Source: Gemmatimonadaceae bacterium (GTDB lineage Bacteria; Gemmatimonadota; Gemmatimonadetes; Gemmatimonadales; Gemmatimonadaceae). Taken from it: a DNA stretch of 18,824 nucleotides. The notes under the pieces are model-generated. The model was given only the letters and a program-made list of their open reading frames with translations. It was not told the origin of the DNA and did not search any database. A program made the position numbers and the translations under genes. Positions 7,690 through 16,970 of the stretch are shown here, piece after piece (position 1 is the stretch's first letter; every line of letters starts with the position of its first letter). The stretch spans positions 1-18,824 of the forward strand of contig JANRJP010000089.1 of NCBI GenBank assembly GCA_033763905.1, written 5' to 3'.

Positions 7690-8375
7690 TGATGGTCCGT
7701 CGCTGGGCACGTCTCGCGGTGCTGTGTGCTGGGCGCATCGCCACGGCGGCGCCACTGCTTGCGCAGTCGCCCACCTCGCTCTTGGACGCCGATCCGCTGG
7801 CGGCCGACTCGTTGCGTCGTGTGCTGGCGCGGGCCGAGGCGGCGGCCGTACCGTTGGAGCCGTTGACGCTCAAGGTGCGCGAAGGGCTCGCCAAGCAGGC
7901 GCCGCCGCTGCGCATCGTGGACGCGACGGCACGACTCGCCGAGCGCTTGCGACTCGCGCGCACGGCGCTGGCCCCGACGACCGGTACCGACGAAATCGCG
8001 GCGGGAGCGGACGCGCTGTACGTCGGCGTGCAGCCGCTGCTGTTGCAGGACCTGCGTCGTCGCTTCCCCGCGCGGTCTCTCACGATTCCTCTCGGCGTGT
8101 TGACGCAGTTGGTCGCCAGTGGTGTCTCGGCGTCGCGTGCGGGTGCATTGGTGCGAGAACTGCTCGATCGGGGAGCATCGGCCCCGCAGTTGATCGCGCT
8201 GAGCACCGAGGTGCAGCGCGATGTCGGCGCGGGGCTGTCGCCCAGCGTCGCGATTGCCCTGAGGTCCGGCGGCCTGCTGTCCACCCTGCCAGCGGCGTCG
8301 GCGAACAGCGGCGGCGGGGTCCTCCCGGGCGGCGTGACCACGGGCGGAGGCCGACCGCCGACTCCCCGCCCTTGA
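7689..8375 (+). CDS. Hypothetical secreted helical protein
   Basis: TGATG overlap with the upstream gene; signal-like N-terminus ending PLLA-Q; amphipathic helices; Gly/Pro-rich tail. Confidence 0.75.
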   Translation: MMVRRWARLAVLCAGRIATAAPLLAQSPTSLLDADPLAADSLRRVLARAEAAAVPLEPLTLKVREGLAKQAPPLRIVDATARLAERLRLARTALAPTTGTDEIAAGADALYVGVQPLLLQDLRRRFPARSLTIPLGVLTQLVASGVSASRAGALVRELLDRGASAPQLIALSTEVQRDVGAGLSPSVAIALRSGGLLSTLPAASANSGGGVLPGGVTTGGGRPPTPRP

Positions 8376-8440
8376 ACGGCTCCCCCCGCGGCACGCCCCC
8401 GCCCGACGGGCGGTCACATCCGCGAGACTAGATTCCCCCC

Positions 8441-9604
8441 GTGCCACTGCACCGCTGGGGACGTCTCGCACATCGGGGATTCGCGGCACTACTCCTGGGT
8501 GCGCCGCTGGCCGCCCGCGCGCAGACCGCGCCGGTGGTGTCGGTCGTTGAGCTGGCCTCGTCGGCGATTGCGCCCAGCCGCGCACAGACGATCGCCGGCC
8601 TCGCGGCGGCCCTTCGCGCCTCCCAAGACCGCCGCGACTGGCAGTGGAGTTCGCATCTTGGCGTTGGCGCTGGGGGGGGCCGCGGTGCCGCGACCGCGGC
8701 TGGCGCCTCGCTCACGCTGTCCCCGATGCGGTGGCCCTCGCTGGCCCTCGCGCTCGACGGCGAAGGCGCCGCCTTCGCGAATGTCGTCGAGACCGCTGGA
8801 TCCACGGCCCGCGTCGGCGCCCGCGGATTCTGGCGGCTCGGCGCCGTGACCATCGTGCCGAGCGTCAGCGCTGCCACGACCCGTCGGAGCGAGATCTCCC
8901 CGCGGAGCGCCCGAGTCGCAGACGTAGCGGTCCAGTGGCAGACCGGCGATTGGCGACTCACGGGATTCGCCGCTCGGCACGCCACGACCGACTGGCCGCT
9001 GATCGAAGCGTCCGGATTCCTGCTCACGCGCAGCGCGTCGGCCTACGCCCTCCGCGATCACGGCGCGGGGATCGAGTGGGGGACGTCGAGCCGCCGAGTG
9101 GGGCTCACTTGGTCCCGCCGCACGGGCCTCAACGCCACGAGCGGTCGCGACGCCTCGTGGCTGCTCTCGGCGGAGTGGCCCCTGACCCGCCGCGTGTCCG
9201 CAGTGGTCGTGGCGGGTGACGTGCTTGCAGATCCCCTCCGTAGCACGGTGGCCGGGCAACTCGTTTCGCTGGGCCTGCGCGCGGTGGTCGGCGGTGGGGT
9301 GCCCCGGCCGCGCCGAGGAGCCATCGCCACGATGCGCTTGGTCGAGCGCGGCGGGGTGGTCACGGCGGAACTCCTGTCGGATGGCCCGCTGGACGAACCG
9401 GCGGAGTGGACCAGCAGCCATGTGGACTGGGTGCCGCAGCCGTTTCAGTGGGAGCGGGGGCGCTGGGTCGCCCGCGTGCCGCTCCCGAGCGGACGGCACC
9501 GCTTGGCGGTTCGGCGGCCGGGTGGCCCCTGGGAGTCGCCTGCGGGCGCCCCCGCCGCCAGCGATGACTTCGGCGGGAGCGCGGCGCTGATCGTGGTCCC
9601 CTAG
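8441..9604 (+). CDS. Putative outer-membrane beta-strand protein with C-terminal degenerate CBM48-like domain
   Basis: Signal peptide ending AARA-Q; alternating Trp/Gly-rich strands. C-terminus DW.PQP....GRWVARVPLPSGRHRLAVRRPGGPW...DDFGG parallels the CBM48 of 7105-7689. Confidence 0.65.
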   Translation: MPLHRWGRLAHRGFAALLLGAPLAARAQTAPVVSVVELASSAIAPSRAQTIAGLAAALRASQDRRDWQWSSHLGVGAGGGRGAATAAGASLTLSPMRWPSLALALDGEGAAFANVVETAGSTARVGARGFWRLGAVTIVPSVSAATTRRSEISPRSARVADVAVQWQTGDWRLTGFAARHATTDWPLIEASGFLLTRSASAYALRDHGAGIEWGTSSRRVGLTWSRRTGLNATSGRDASWLLSAEWPLTRRVSAVVVAGDVLADPLRSTVAGQLVSLGLRAVVGGGVPRPRRGAIATMRLVERGGVVTAELLSDGPLDEPAEWTSSHVDWVPQPFQWERGRWVARVPLPSGRHRLAVRRPGGPWESPAGAPAASDDFGGSAALIVVP

Positions 9605-9618
9605 TCCGCAGGGCGATC

Positions 9619-9669
9619 TTGACACCCTCGGACCCCAGACTGCACTTTGTTCTGCAATCGAACAAAGTG
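9619..9669 (+). promoter_or_regulatory. Putative sigma-70 promoter with overlapping palindromic operator
   Basis: Consensus -35 TTGACA 9619-9624; weak -10 candidate CACTTT 9643-9648; perfect inverted repeat CACTTTGTTC-N7-GAACAAAGTG 9643-9669. Confidence 0.7.
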
Positions 9670-9713
9670 GCGGCTCGTCAGCGCCCTTCATTAAACCACG
9701 CGGAGTACGGCAG

Positions 9714-12700
9714 ATGCGTCCGACGGGAAGACTGGCATCCTCTCTCGCAGCGCTGCTCGGCTTGGCAGTGCTCGCCCCCGCCCCCGTTTCGGCGCAGGCC
9801 ACGGCCGCACCGGTTCCCCAGATCCGCGTCGTCGCCGATGCCGGCGGCCATCGGCTGCAGGTGGACGGCCGTGACGTGATGATCCGCGGCGTCAACTGGG
9901 ACTACTTCCCGATCGGCACCAACTATACGTACAACTTCTGGGGCCAGCCGGACGACTTCATTGCGGCGGCCCTCGATCGCGAGATGTCGCTGATCAAGAA
10001 CGCCGGAATGAACGCGATCCGCGTCTACAACGGCATTCCGGCGAAGTGGGTCAAGTACATCTACGAGCGCTACGGCATCTGGTCGGTCGTCAATCACGCG
10101 CTCGGCCGCTACGGCACGACGGTGAACGGGGTGTATCAGCCGAACACCGACTACTCGAATCCGGCGGTGCGCCGCGTGCTGACCGCGGAAGTGCTCGCGA
10201 TGGTCGACGAGCTCAAGGGGACGCCCGGGCTCCTGATGTGGCTGCTCGGCAACGAGAACAACTACGGCCTCACGTGGAAGTCCGCCGAAACCGAGGCGCT
10301 GCCGGTCGGCGAGCGCGATGCGGCCAAGGCGCGCTATATGTACTCGCTCTTCGGCGAAGTGACGCGCGCGATCAAGACGCGTGATGCCGCACACCCGGTG
10401 GCAATGGCCAACGGCGACCTGCAGTACGTGGACATCATCGCGCAGGAGACCAAGGGTCTCGACATCTTCGGCTCGAACGTCTACCGCGGCCTGACCTTCG
10501 GCAACTTCTTCGAGACGGTCAAGCAGAAGCTCGGCATCCCGGTGATGTTCACCGAGTTCGGCGCCGACGCCTATAACGAAAAGGAAGGGCGCGAAGACCA
10601 GCTGATGCAGGCGCGCTATGTCCTGAGCCAGTGGCAGGACATCTACGAGAACAGCGCCGGCAAGGGACGCAGCGGCAATGCCATCGGCGGCTTCACGTTC
10701 CAGTGGAGCGACGGCTGGTGGAAGTACGGTCAGGAAACCAACCTCGACCGCCACGACGCCAACGCCTCGTGGCCGGCCGAAGCGTACGCCGAAGACTACG
10801 TGAAGGGCGACAACAATATGAATGAGGAGTGGTGGGGCATTATGGCGAAGGGCCCCACCGACGCCCGCGGCTTTTATCAGCTGTACCCGCGCGCGGCGTA
10901 CTACGGGCTCAAGCAGGCCTACACGCTCGATGCCTACGCGTCGACGACAGACCTGAATGCGATCAAGCGTCACTTTGCGCAGATCGAACCAGCCGCCCTC
11001 GTGCTGGCCTCGCGCGGTGACCGCGCCACGCTCGATGGCGACGCCGGCTCCAAGTTCCGCGTGAGCGGCATGCGCCTCGAGATGCAGACGTTCTCGACCG
11101 GCGGCAGCCTCTTGAGCACGCCGCCGTCGTCGGCGCCCACCAGCGCCGCGTACCCGAGCTTCACCGGCTTCGACCGGATGGAGTCCTACTTCGTCGACTT
11201 CGAGGCGAAGCCGACCGAGCGCTTCACCGCCACGCTGTCGTTCAACATCCTCGGCAGCATTGCGACCAATCCGATCGACGAGATCTTCTACGAGAATCGC
11301 GGCCGCACCCGCCTCGTGCCCAGTGACGCCGGCACCGTCGCGCTCACCAGCAACGAGCGCCTGCGGCTCTACCGCGGCAGCTTCACCTGGGACGAGAAGA
11401 ACTTCCGCCTCGACGGCTTCAACCGCACCGGACACTACCACTGGGGCTACGAAGGCGACTTCTTCGGCCTGTACCGCGAAGCCAACTACGGTCGCTTCAT
11501 CGACATCTACAATGGTGCGGCACCCTTCGGCATCGAGTTCACCGGCAAGAAGTCCCTGAGCGGACTCAAGGCCGCCTTCGGCCCTGAGCTCTGGTGGGGT
11601 GCCAACCCGGCCGCGCTCGTGAAGTACGGCCGCTCGATCGGCGGTTACACCATCACCGGCGTCGTGCAGGAAGACCTCGCGGCCTTCAATGTCGGCGCGG
11701 TCGCCAGCTCGTTCGCGGTGCCGCTGCAGCCGACGCGCCGCGCCACCTTGCACGTAGCCACCACGCGCGGTGCGCTCGGCATCGAAGTCGGCGGAATGTG
11801 GGGCGGCGCCACGAAGATCGGCGACCGCTTCCAGACCGTCACCGGCCGTCCGGGCAACTATCAGGTGTTGCAGGACTCGATCCGCGCAGGCGACACCTTC
11901 GCCGGCAAGGCGAAGGTCACCTTCTCGAAGGGTCGCCTCAACTGGTACGCGCAGGGCGGCTACTACGGGCTGGTGGCCGACGGTGGCCCGACCTCCACGA
12001 TGACGTTCACCGGCTGGTGGCTCAAGGACACGGGCCTCTTCAACCAGTGGAACGTGCTGTCGGGCTTCACGTGGCAGATGGGCAACCTCCAGATCGCGCC
12101 GAACTTCCTGTACCAGAAGCCGATCGTCGGGCCCGTGCCGGCCGATGCGCCGGCGCCGGGTCGCCCGCGCAACATCCTGGCCGATCCGTTCATCGTGCGC
12201 GCCAACCGCGAGACGATGGGCGGCGAACTGCTGCTGACGTGGGACCCGACGCCCGCGACGTATATGCACCTGTGGGACAACGACCAGCGGGAAGACGCGC
12301 GCTTCGCGATGAGCAGCGCCGTGATGTATCGTCGCTTCCCGACCACGATGGACGCGGCCATCGGCATTCTCGGTGACGGCCGCACGACCTTTGCCTTCCC
12401 CGGCGCCACGCCGGCGCGTGACCTCTGGGAAGCGCGCACGCGAATGATCTCGCGCGTCGGTCGCGACACCCGCTTCATCCTCAACGCCTTCGGCGGCACC
12501 GCCGAGCCGAACGGCGACAGCCGTCGTCTCGTGAAGCGCTATGGCGGCGACCTGCGACTGCAGACGGGCGCCGTGAAGGTGATTGGTTCGGCCAAGGTCA
12601 ACGACTTCGGACCGTTCGACTACCACCGCGACTTCAACCTGACCTTCCCGCTGCAGTTGATGACCGACGTCGCGTACGTCTTCGGCAAGGCGCAGTGGTT

Positions 12701-12881
12701 CGACGTGCCCGAGACCAAGTTCGGCGTGCGCGGCACGTGGCGCTCGCTCGATCGCTACTCGCCGCGCTATTGCCCGGACCGCATTCCGAACGCGGTCGGC
12801 AACCTCGTGTGCGACCCCACCGCGCCGGCAGCCAACGGCCGCGAATGGGAAATCCGGTCGTACGTGATTGTCGCGTGGTGA
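9714..12881 (+). CDS. Clan GH-A (GH2-like TIM barrel) glycoside hydrolase fused to a putative outer-membrane beta-barrel
   Basis: SD GGAG 9702-9705; signal peptide ending VSA-Q. AGMNAIRVY, WLLGNE (E181, acid/base candidate), MFTEFG (E281, nucleophile candidate), GGFTFQWSDGWWK. The last ~600 aa are amphipathic strands ending WEIRSYVIVAW with a terminal aromatic. Confidence 0.8.
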   Translation: MRPTGRLASSLAALLGLAVLAPAPVSAQATAAPVPQIRVVADAGGHRLQVDGRDVMIRGVNWDYFPIGTNYTYNFWGQPDDFIAAALDREMSLIKNAGMNAIRVYNGIPAKWVKYIYERYGIWSVVNHALGRYGTTVNGVYQPNTDYSNPAVRRVLTAEVLAMVDELKGTPGLLMWLLGNENNYGLTWKSAETEALPVGERDAAKARYMYSLFGEVTRAIKTRDAAHPVAMANGDLQYVDIIAQETKGLDIFGSNVYRGLTFGNFFETVKQKLGIPVMFTEFGADAYNEKEGREDQLMQARYVLSQWQDIYENSAGKGRSGNAIGGFTFQWSDGWWKYGQETNLDRHDANASWPAEAYAEDYVKGDNNMNEEWWGIMAKGPTDARGFYQLYPRAAYYGLKQAYTLDAYASTTDLNAIKRHFAQIEPAALVLASRGDRATLDGDAGSKFRVSGMRLEMQTFSTGGSLLSTPPSSAPTSAAYPSFTGFDRMESYFVDFEAKPTERFTATLSFNILGSIATNPIDEIFYENRGRTRLVPSDAGTVALTSNERLRLYRGSFTWDEKNFRLDGFNRTGHYHWGYEGDFFGLYREANYGRFIDIYNGAAPFGIEFTGKKSLSGLKAAFGPELWWGANPAALVKYGRSIGGYTITGVVQEDLAAFNVGAVASSFAVPLQPTRRATLHVATTRGALGIEVGGMWGGATKIGDRFQTVTGRPGNYQVLQDSIRAGDTFAGKAKVTFSKGRLNWYAQGGYYGLVADGGPTSTMTFTGWWLKDTGLFNQWNVLSGFTWQMGNLQIAPNFLYQKPIVGPVPADAPAPGRPRNILADPFIVRANRETMGGELLLTWDPTPATYMHLWDNDQREDARFAMSSAVMYRRFPTTMDAAIGILGDGRTTFAFPGATPARDLWEARTRMISRVGRDTRFILNAFGGTAEPNGDSRRLVKRYGGDLRLQTGAVKVIGSAKVNDFGPFDYHRDFNLTFPLQLMTDVAYVFGKAQWFDVPETKFGVRGTWRSLDRYSPRYCPDRIPNAVGNLVCDPTAPAANGREWEIRSYVIVAW

Positions 12882-15076
12882 CCAGCAGCACGGCCGCCCC
12901 CGCGGCGGCACGCATCGACGCCCTCCTCGAGGCAATGACGCTCGAGGAGAAGATCGGCCAGCTCCAGCAGGTGCAGGCCGGCGGCTGGCACGTCCCCGAT
13001 CACCTGCGGTGGTCGATTCGGGAGGGACGGATCGGTGCGGTGCTGAACGAAGTGCACGTCGACACGGTCAACGAACTGCAGCGCATCGCGGTGGAAGAAA
13101 GCCGCCACGGCATTCCCCTGCTCGTGGGTCGCGATGTGATTCACGGCTTCAAGACGGTCCTGCCCATTCCGCTCGGGCAGGCCGCCACGTGGAACCCGGA
13201 TCTCGTGACCCGCGGTGCGCGCATTGCCGCGCTCGAAGCGCGCGCCGCCGGCATCAACTGGACCTTCGCGCCGATGCTGGACATCTCGCGCGACCCCCGC
13301 TGGGGCCGCGTGGCCGAGGGCTTGGGCGAAGATCCGTTCCTCTGCAGCACGCTTGGCGCGGCGATGGTGCGCGGCTTCCAGACCGACGACCTGTCGTCGC
13401 CTGAGGCCGTCGCCGCCTGCGCCAAGCACTTCGTCGGCTACGGCGCCAGCGAAAGCGGTCGCGACTACAACACGACGAACATTCCCGAGAACGAGCTGCG
13501 CAACGTCTACCTGACGCCGTTCCACGCGGCGGTGCAAGCCGGTGTGGCGTCGGTGATGACGTCGTTCAGCGACATCGACGGCGTGCCAGCCTCGGCGAAC
13601 GAGTTCCTGCTCCGACAGATCCTCCGTGGCGAGTGGGGCTTCGGCGGCGTGGTCGTGAGCGACTGGGAGTCGATCCGCCAACTGCAGATCCACGGCCTCA
13701 CCGCGTCGGACCGCGACTCGGCCCGTGAAGCGGCGACGGCCGGCGTGGACATCGAGATGGCCAGCACGACCTACGCCGATCATCTCGCGGCGCTCGTCCA
13801 CAGCGGCGAGGTCCCCGAGGCCACAGTGGATGCGCTGGTGCGCAACGTGCTGCATCTCAAGGAGCGACTGGGCCTCTTCGACTCGCCGTACGTCGAGCCA
13901 CATCGCTTTCCGGCGGCTGGCTGCGCCGAACACCTCGAGGTCGCGCGCGAGGCGGCCGCACAAAGTCTGGTGCTGCTGCGCAACGACGACCGTCTGTTGC
14001 CGCTGTCCGAGACCACGCATCGTCGCATCGCGCTGATCGGCCCGTTGGCCGACGATGTGCACGAGCAGCTCGGCACCTGGATCTTCGACGGCGATGCCAC
14101 CCTGAGCCGCACGATCGCGCAGGGCCTGCGCGACCTGCTGGGTGACGGCGCCGACCTCCGCGTGGTGCACGGTGTGCCGAATACGCGGAGTCACCACACC
14201 AGCGGCATTGCCGAGGCCGTCGAGGCTGCGCGCGCTGCTGATGTGGCCGTACTCGTCCTTGGCGAAGAAGCGATTCTCTCGGGCGAAGCTCACTGCCGCG
14301 CCGACATCGGGCTCCCCGGCGCACAAGAGGCCCTGCTGCGCGCGGTCGAAGCCACCGGCACGCCCGTCGTACTCGTGCTGCTGGCCGGACGCCCGCTGGC
14401 CCTCGAGCGCGAGTTGCAGGGCGTGCGAACGGTGCTCTGGGGCTTCCATCCGGGAACGATGACCGGCCCGGCGGTAGCCGACGTGCTGTTCGGCCGCATC
14501 GCCCCGAGCGGCAAACTGCCGATGACCTTCCCGCGCGTGACGGGCCAGGTTCCGATGTACTACAACGAGAAGCCGAGCGGCAAACCGGCCACGCCCGAGA
14601 CGATCATTCACCTGCACGAGATCGCCCCGCGCGCGCCGCAACTGTCGGTGGGCAACACCTCGTTCCATCTGGACGTGCATCCGTCGCCGCTCTTTCCGTT
14701 TGGGCACGGCTTGTCGTACACGACCTTCGAGTACCGCCACATCACGACCTCGCAGACGGTCGTGCGCCTCGGCGAGTCGATCGAGATCTCGGCGGACGTG
14801 ACCAACACCGGCGACCGGCCGGGCACTGACGTGGTCCAGTTGTATATCCGTGACCTAGCCGGCAGCGTGACGCGCCCGGTGCGCGAGCTCAAGGGATTCG
14901 AACGGGTCACCCTCGCGCCGGGCGAGACCAGGACGGTACGCTTCACGCTGCCGTCCGATGCCCTGGCCTTCTACGGTCGGCGAATGACGCGTGTCGTCGA
15001 GCCCGGCCATTTCCACGCGTGGATCGGCGGCAGTTCGGCCGCTGACCTACGCACCGATTTCGTGCTGTCCGACTAG
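12878..15076 (+). CDS. GH3 beta-glucosidase, BglX-like, with C-terminal FN3-like domain
   Basis: GTGA overlap with the upstream stop. MTLEEKIGQL, DVIHGF, RDPRWGR, CAKHF, VVSDW (nucleophile Asp), LSGEA, PLFPFGHGLSYT, VVQLY...RPVRELKGF. No signal peptide. Confidence 0.95.
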   Translation: MTSSTAAPAAARIDALLEAMTLEEKIGQLQQVQAGGWHVPDHLRWSIREGRIGAVLNEVHVDTVNELQRIAVEESRHGIPLLVGRDVIHGFKTVLPIPLGQAATWNPDLVTRGARIAALEARAAGINWTFAPMLDISRDPRWGRVAEGLGEDPFLCSTLGAAMVRGFQTDDLSSPEAVAACAKHFVGYGASESGRDYNTTNIPENELRNVYLTPFHAAVQAGVASVMTSFSDIDGVPASANEFLLRQILRGEWGFGGVVVSDWESIRQLQIHGLTASDRDSAREAATAGVDIEMASTTYADHLAALVHSGEVPEATVDALVRNVLHLKERLGLFDSPYVEPHRFPAAGCAEHLEVAREAAAQSLVLLRNDDRLLPLSETTHRRIALIGPLADDVHEQLGTWIFDGDATLSRTIAQGLRDLLGDGADLRVVHGVPNTRSHHTSGIAEAVEAARAADVAVLVLGEEAILSGEAHCRADIGLPGAQEALLRAVEATGTPVVLVLLAGRPLALERELQGVRTVLWGFHPGTMTGPAVADVLFGRIAPSGKLPMTFPRVTGQVPMYYNEKPSGKPATPETIIHLHEIAPRAPQLSVGNTSFHLDVHPSPLFPFGHGLSYTTFEYRHITTSQTVVRLGESIEISADVTNTGDRPGTDVVQLYIRDLAGSVTRPVRELKGFERVTLAPGETRTVRFTLPSDALAFYGRRMTRVVEPGHFHAWIGGSSAADLRTDFVLSD

Positions 15077-15103
15077 CGGGTCTCCCGCGATTCCACTGCT
15101 CCA

Positions 15104-16927
15104 ATGCCTGCGTTTCCCGAAACTCCCGCGATGACCGCGTTGATCGATCGCTTGCTGTCCCGAATGAGCACCGCCCAGAAGGTGGGCCAGCTCGTGATGG
15201 CCGAACGTGCGTCGACCACGCCCGATGACGTCCGGTCGCATCACCTCGGTGCCGTGCTCTCGGGCGGCGGGTCCGTCCCGGGGAGCAATCAGCCCGCGGA
15301 TTGGGTTGCGATGCACGATGCCTACTGGGCGGCGTCGATGGACGCCAGCGGTGACCGCGTGCCGGTGCCGGTCCTCTATGCCGTGGACGCCGTGCACGGA
15401 CACGGCAATGTGCTCGGCGCCACGATCTTCCCGCACAACATCGGCCTCGGTGCGATGCGCGATCCCGAGCTGGTCGAACAGCTCGCCAAGGTCTGCGCGC
15501 GCGAAGTGCTGGCGACCGGCGTCGAGTGGACGTTCGCCCCGACGCTGGCCGTGGCGCGTGATCTGCGATGGGGTCGGACGTACGAGAGCTTCTCGGAAGA
15601 TCCCGCCGTGGTCGAGTCCTACTCGGCGGGGTATGTCCGCGGGTTGCAGGGCGCCCTCGGCGACGAAAGCGTGATCGCCTGCCTCAAGCATTGGATCGGC
15701 GACGGCGGCACCACCGAAGGCAACGACCAGGGCGACACCGTCTGCACGGAAGACGAGCTCCGGGCGACGCATCTGCGGCCGTATCTGCCGGCACTCGAAG
15801 CCGGTGCGCTCACGGTGATGGCGTCGTTCAACAGCTGGAACGGGGAGAAGTGCCACGGCAGCCGCGCGCTGCTGACCGACCTGCTCAAGGGCGAGCTCGG
15901 CTTCGATGGGATGGTGGTGTCTGACTGGGATGGCGCCGACTATCTGCATCCCGACTATCCCACGGCGCTCGCGATGGCCGTCAATGCGGGCGTCGATATG
16001 ATTATGGTCTCGGCCGACTGGCGCGCGTGCTGGAACGGCTTGATGGATCAGGTCGAGCGCGGCGTGATCCCGATGGCGCGGCTCGACGACGCGGTGCGTC
16101 GCGTGCTGTCGGTGAAGGCGCGCTACGGGCTGTTCGAGCGTCCCCGCCCTGCGGCGCGCCCGCACGTCGGCACCGACGCCTTTGGCGGCGACGCCCACCG
16201 CGCGATCGCTCGTGAGGCGGTCCGGAAGTCGCTGGTGTTGCTCAAGAATGACGCCGAGCTCCTGCCGCTGGATCGCAGCGCGCGTGTGCTCGTCGCTGGC
16301 CGCAACGCAGACAACCGCGGCCATCTCTGTGGCGGCTTCACGGTGGAGTGGCAGGGCACCGACGGCAACGACCGCATCATCGGCGGCACGTCGATCTGGG
16401 AAGGCATCCGCGCGATCGCCCCGCACGCGACGCTCGACGTGACGGGCGCCAGCGCCAACGCCTCGGCGCACGATGTGGCGATTGTCGTGATCGGCGAGAA
16501 GCCGTATGCCGAGGGAATGGGTGATATCCGTCGCGGCGGTCGGGTGGAACGTGGCAGCGGCTTCAGCCACAAGCCGCATCAGCTGGCCCCGTACGGCCCA
16601 TCGCTCGAGCTCGCCGAGCTGCACCCCGAAGACCTCGCGGTCGTGCAGCGCATCGCCGCTGCGGGCATTCCGGTGGTGACGGTGCTGGTCTCGGGCCGTC
16701 CGCTGGTGACCAACGCCGAGCTCGACGCATCGCAGGCCTTCGTGGCGGCGTGGCTGCCCGGGTCCGAAGGCGCGGGCGTGGCCGATGTGCTGTTCGGCGA
16801 CGCCGAGTGCACCGGGCAGCTGCCGTTTCACTGGCCGGCCACCACCGAGAGCGGTCCGTCCGGCAGCGCCGCGCGCTTCCCGGTGGGGTACGGCCTGCGG
16901 TACTCGCGTGCGCGCGTGACCGCATAA
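15104..16927 (+). CDS. GH3 beta-glucosidase / exo-beta-glucanase (barley ExoI-like, two-domain)
   Basis: LSGGGS, DAVHGH, ATIFPHNIGLGA, RWGRTYES, CLKHWIGDGGT, VVSDW, GEKPYAEG, AAWLPGSEG. No signal peptide. Alternative start ATG 15131. Confidence 0.95.
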   Translation: MPAFPETPAMTALIDRLLSRMSTAQKVGQLVMAERASTTPDDVRSHHLGAVLSGGGSVPGSNQPADWVAMHDAYWAASMDASGDRVPVPVLYAVDAVHGHGNVLGATIFPHNIGLGAMRDPELVEQLAKVCAREVLATGVEWTFAPTLAVARDLRWGRTYESFSEDPAVVESYSAGYVRGLQGALGDESVIACLKHWIGDGGTTEGNDQGDTVCTEDELRATHLRPYLPALEAGALTVMASFNSWNGEKCHGSRALLTDLLKGELGFDGMVVSDWDGADYLHPDYPTALAMAVNAGVDMIMVSADWRACWNGLMDQVERGVIPMARLDDAVRRVLSVKARYGLFERPRPAARPHVGTDAFGGDAHRAIAREAVRKSLVLLKNDAELLPLDRSARVLVAGRNADNRGHLCGGFTVEWQGTDGNDRIIGGTSIWEGIRAIAPHATLDVTGASANASAHDVAIVVIGEKPYAEGMGDIRRGGRVERGSGFSHKPHQLAPYGPSLELAELHPEDLAVVQRIAAAGIPVVTVLVSGRPLVTNAELDASQAFVAAWLPGSEGAGVADVLFGDAECTGQLPFHWPATTESGPSGSAARFPVGYGLRYSRARVTA

Positions 16928-16970
16928 CGGGGTCGCAGCGCGACGGCGCGACCGCCCGTATTGCACGACC

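Noticed and set aside
6573..12881. ECF/CBM48 module as the direct regulator of the beta-glucan locus
   Set aside because: CBM48 implies alpha-glucan while GH16/GH3 imply beta-glucan, and the glucan operon has its own TTGACA and operator. Adjacency alone is insufficient.
11050..12881. TonB-dependent receptor (SusC-like)
   Set aside because: No plug-domain signature recognised and the N-terminus is a GH domain. Structure prediction is needed to exclude it fully.
9678..12935. 1085-aa antisense ORF, and similar ones at 2877-4889, 6882-8585, 8489-9895, 12767-14740 and 15047-17161
   Set aside because: Stop-poor shadow frames opposite well-supported genes in high-GC DNA; Arg/Gly/Ala-rich with no recognisable motifs.
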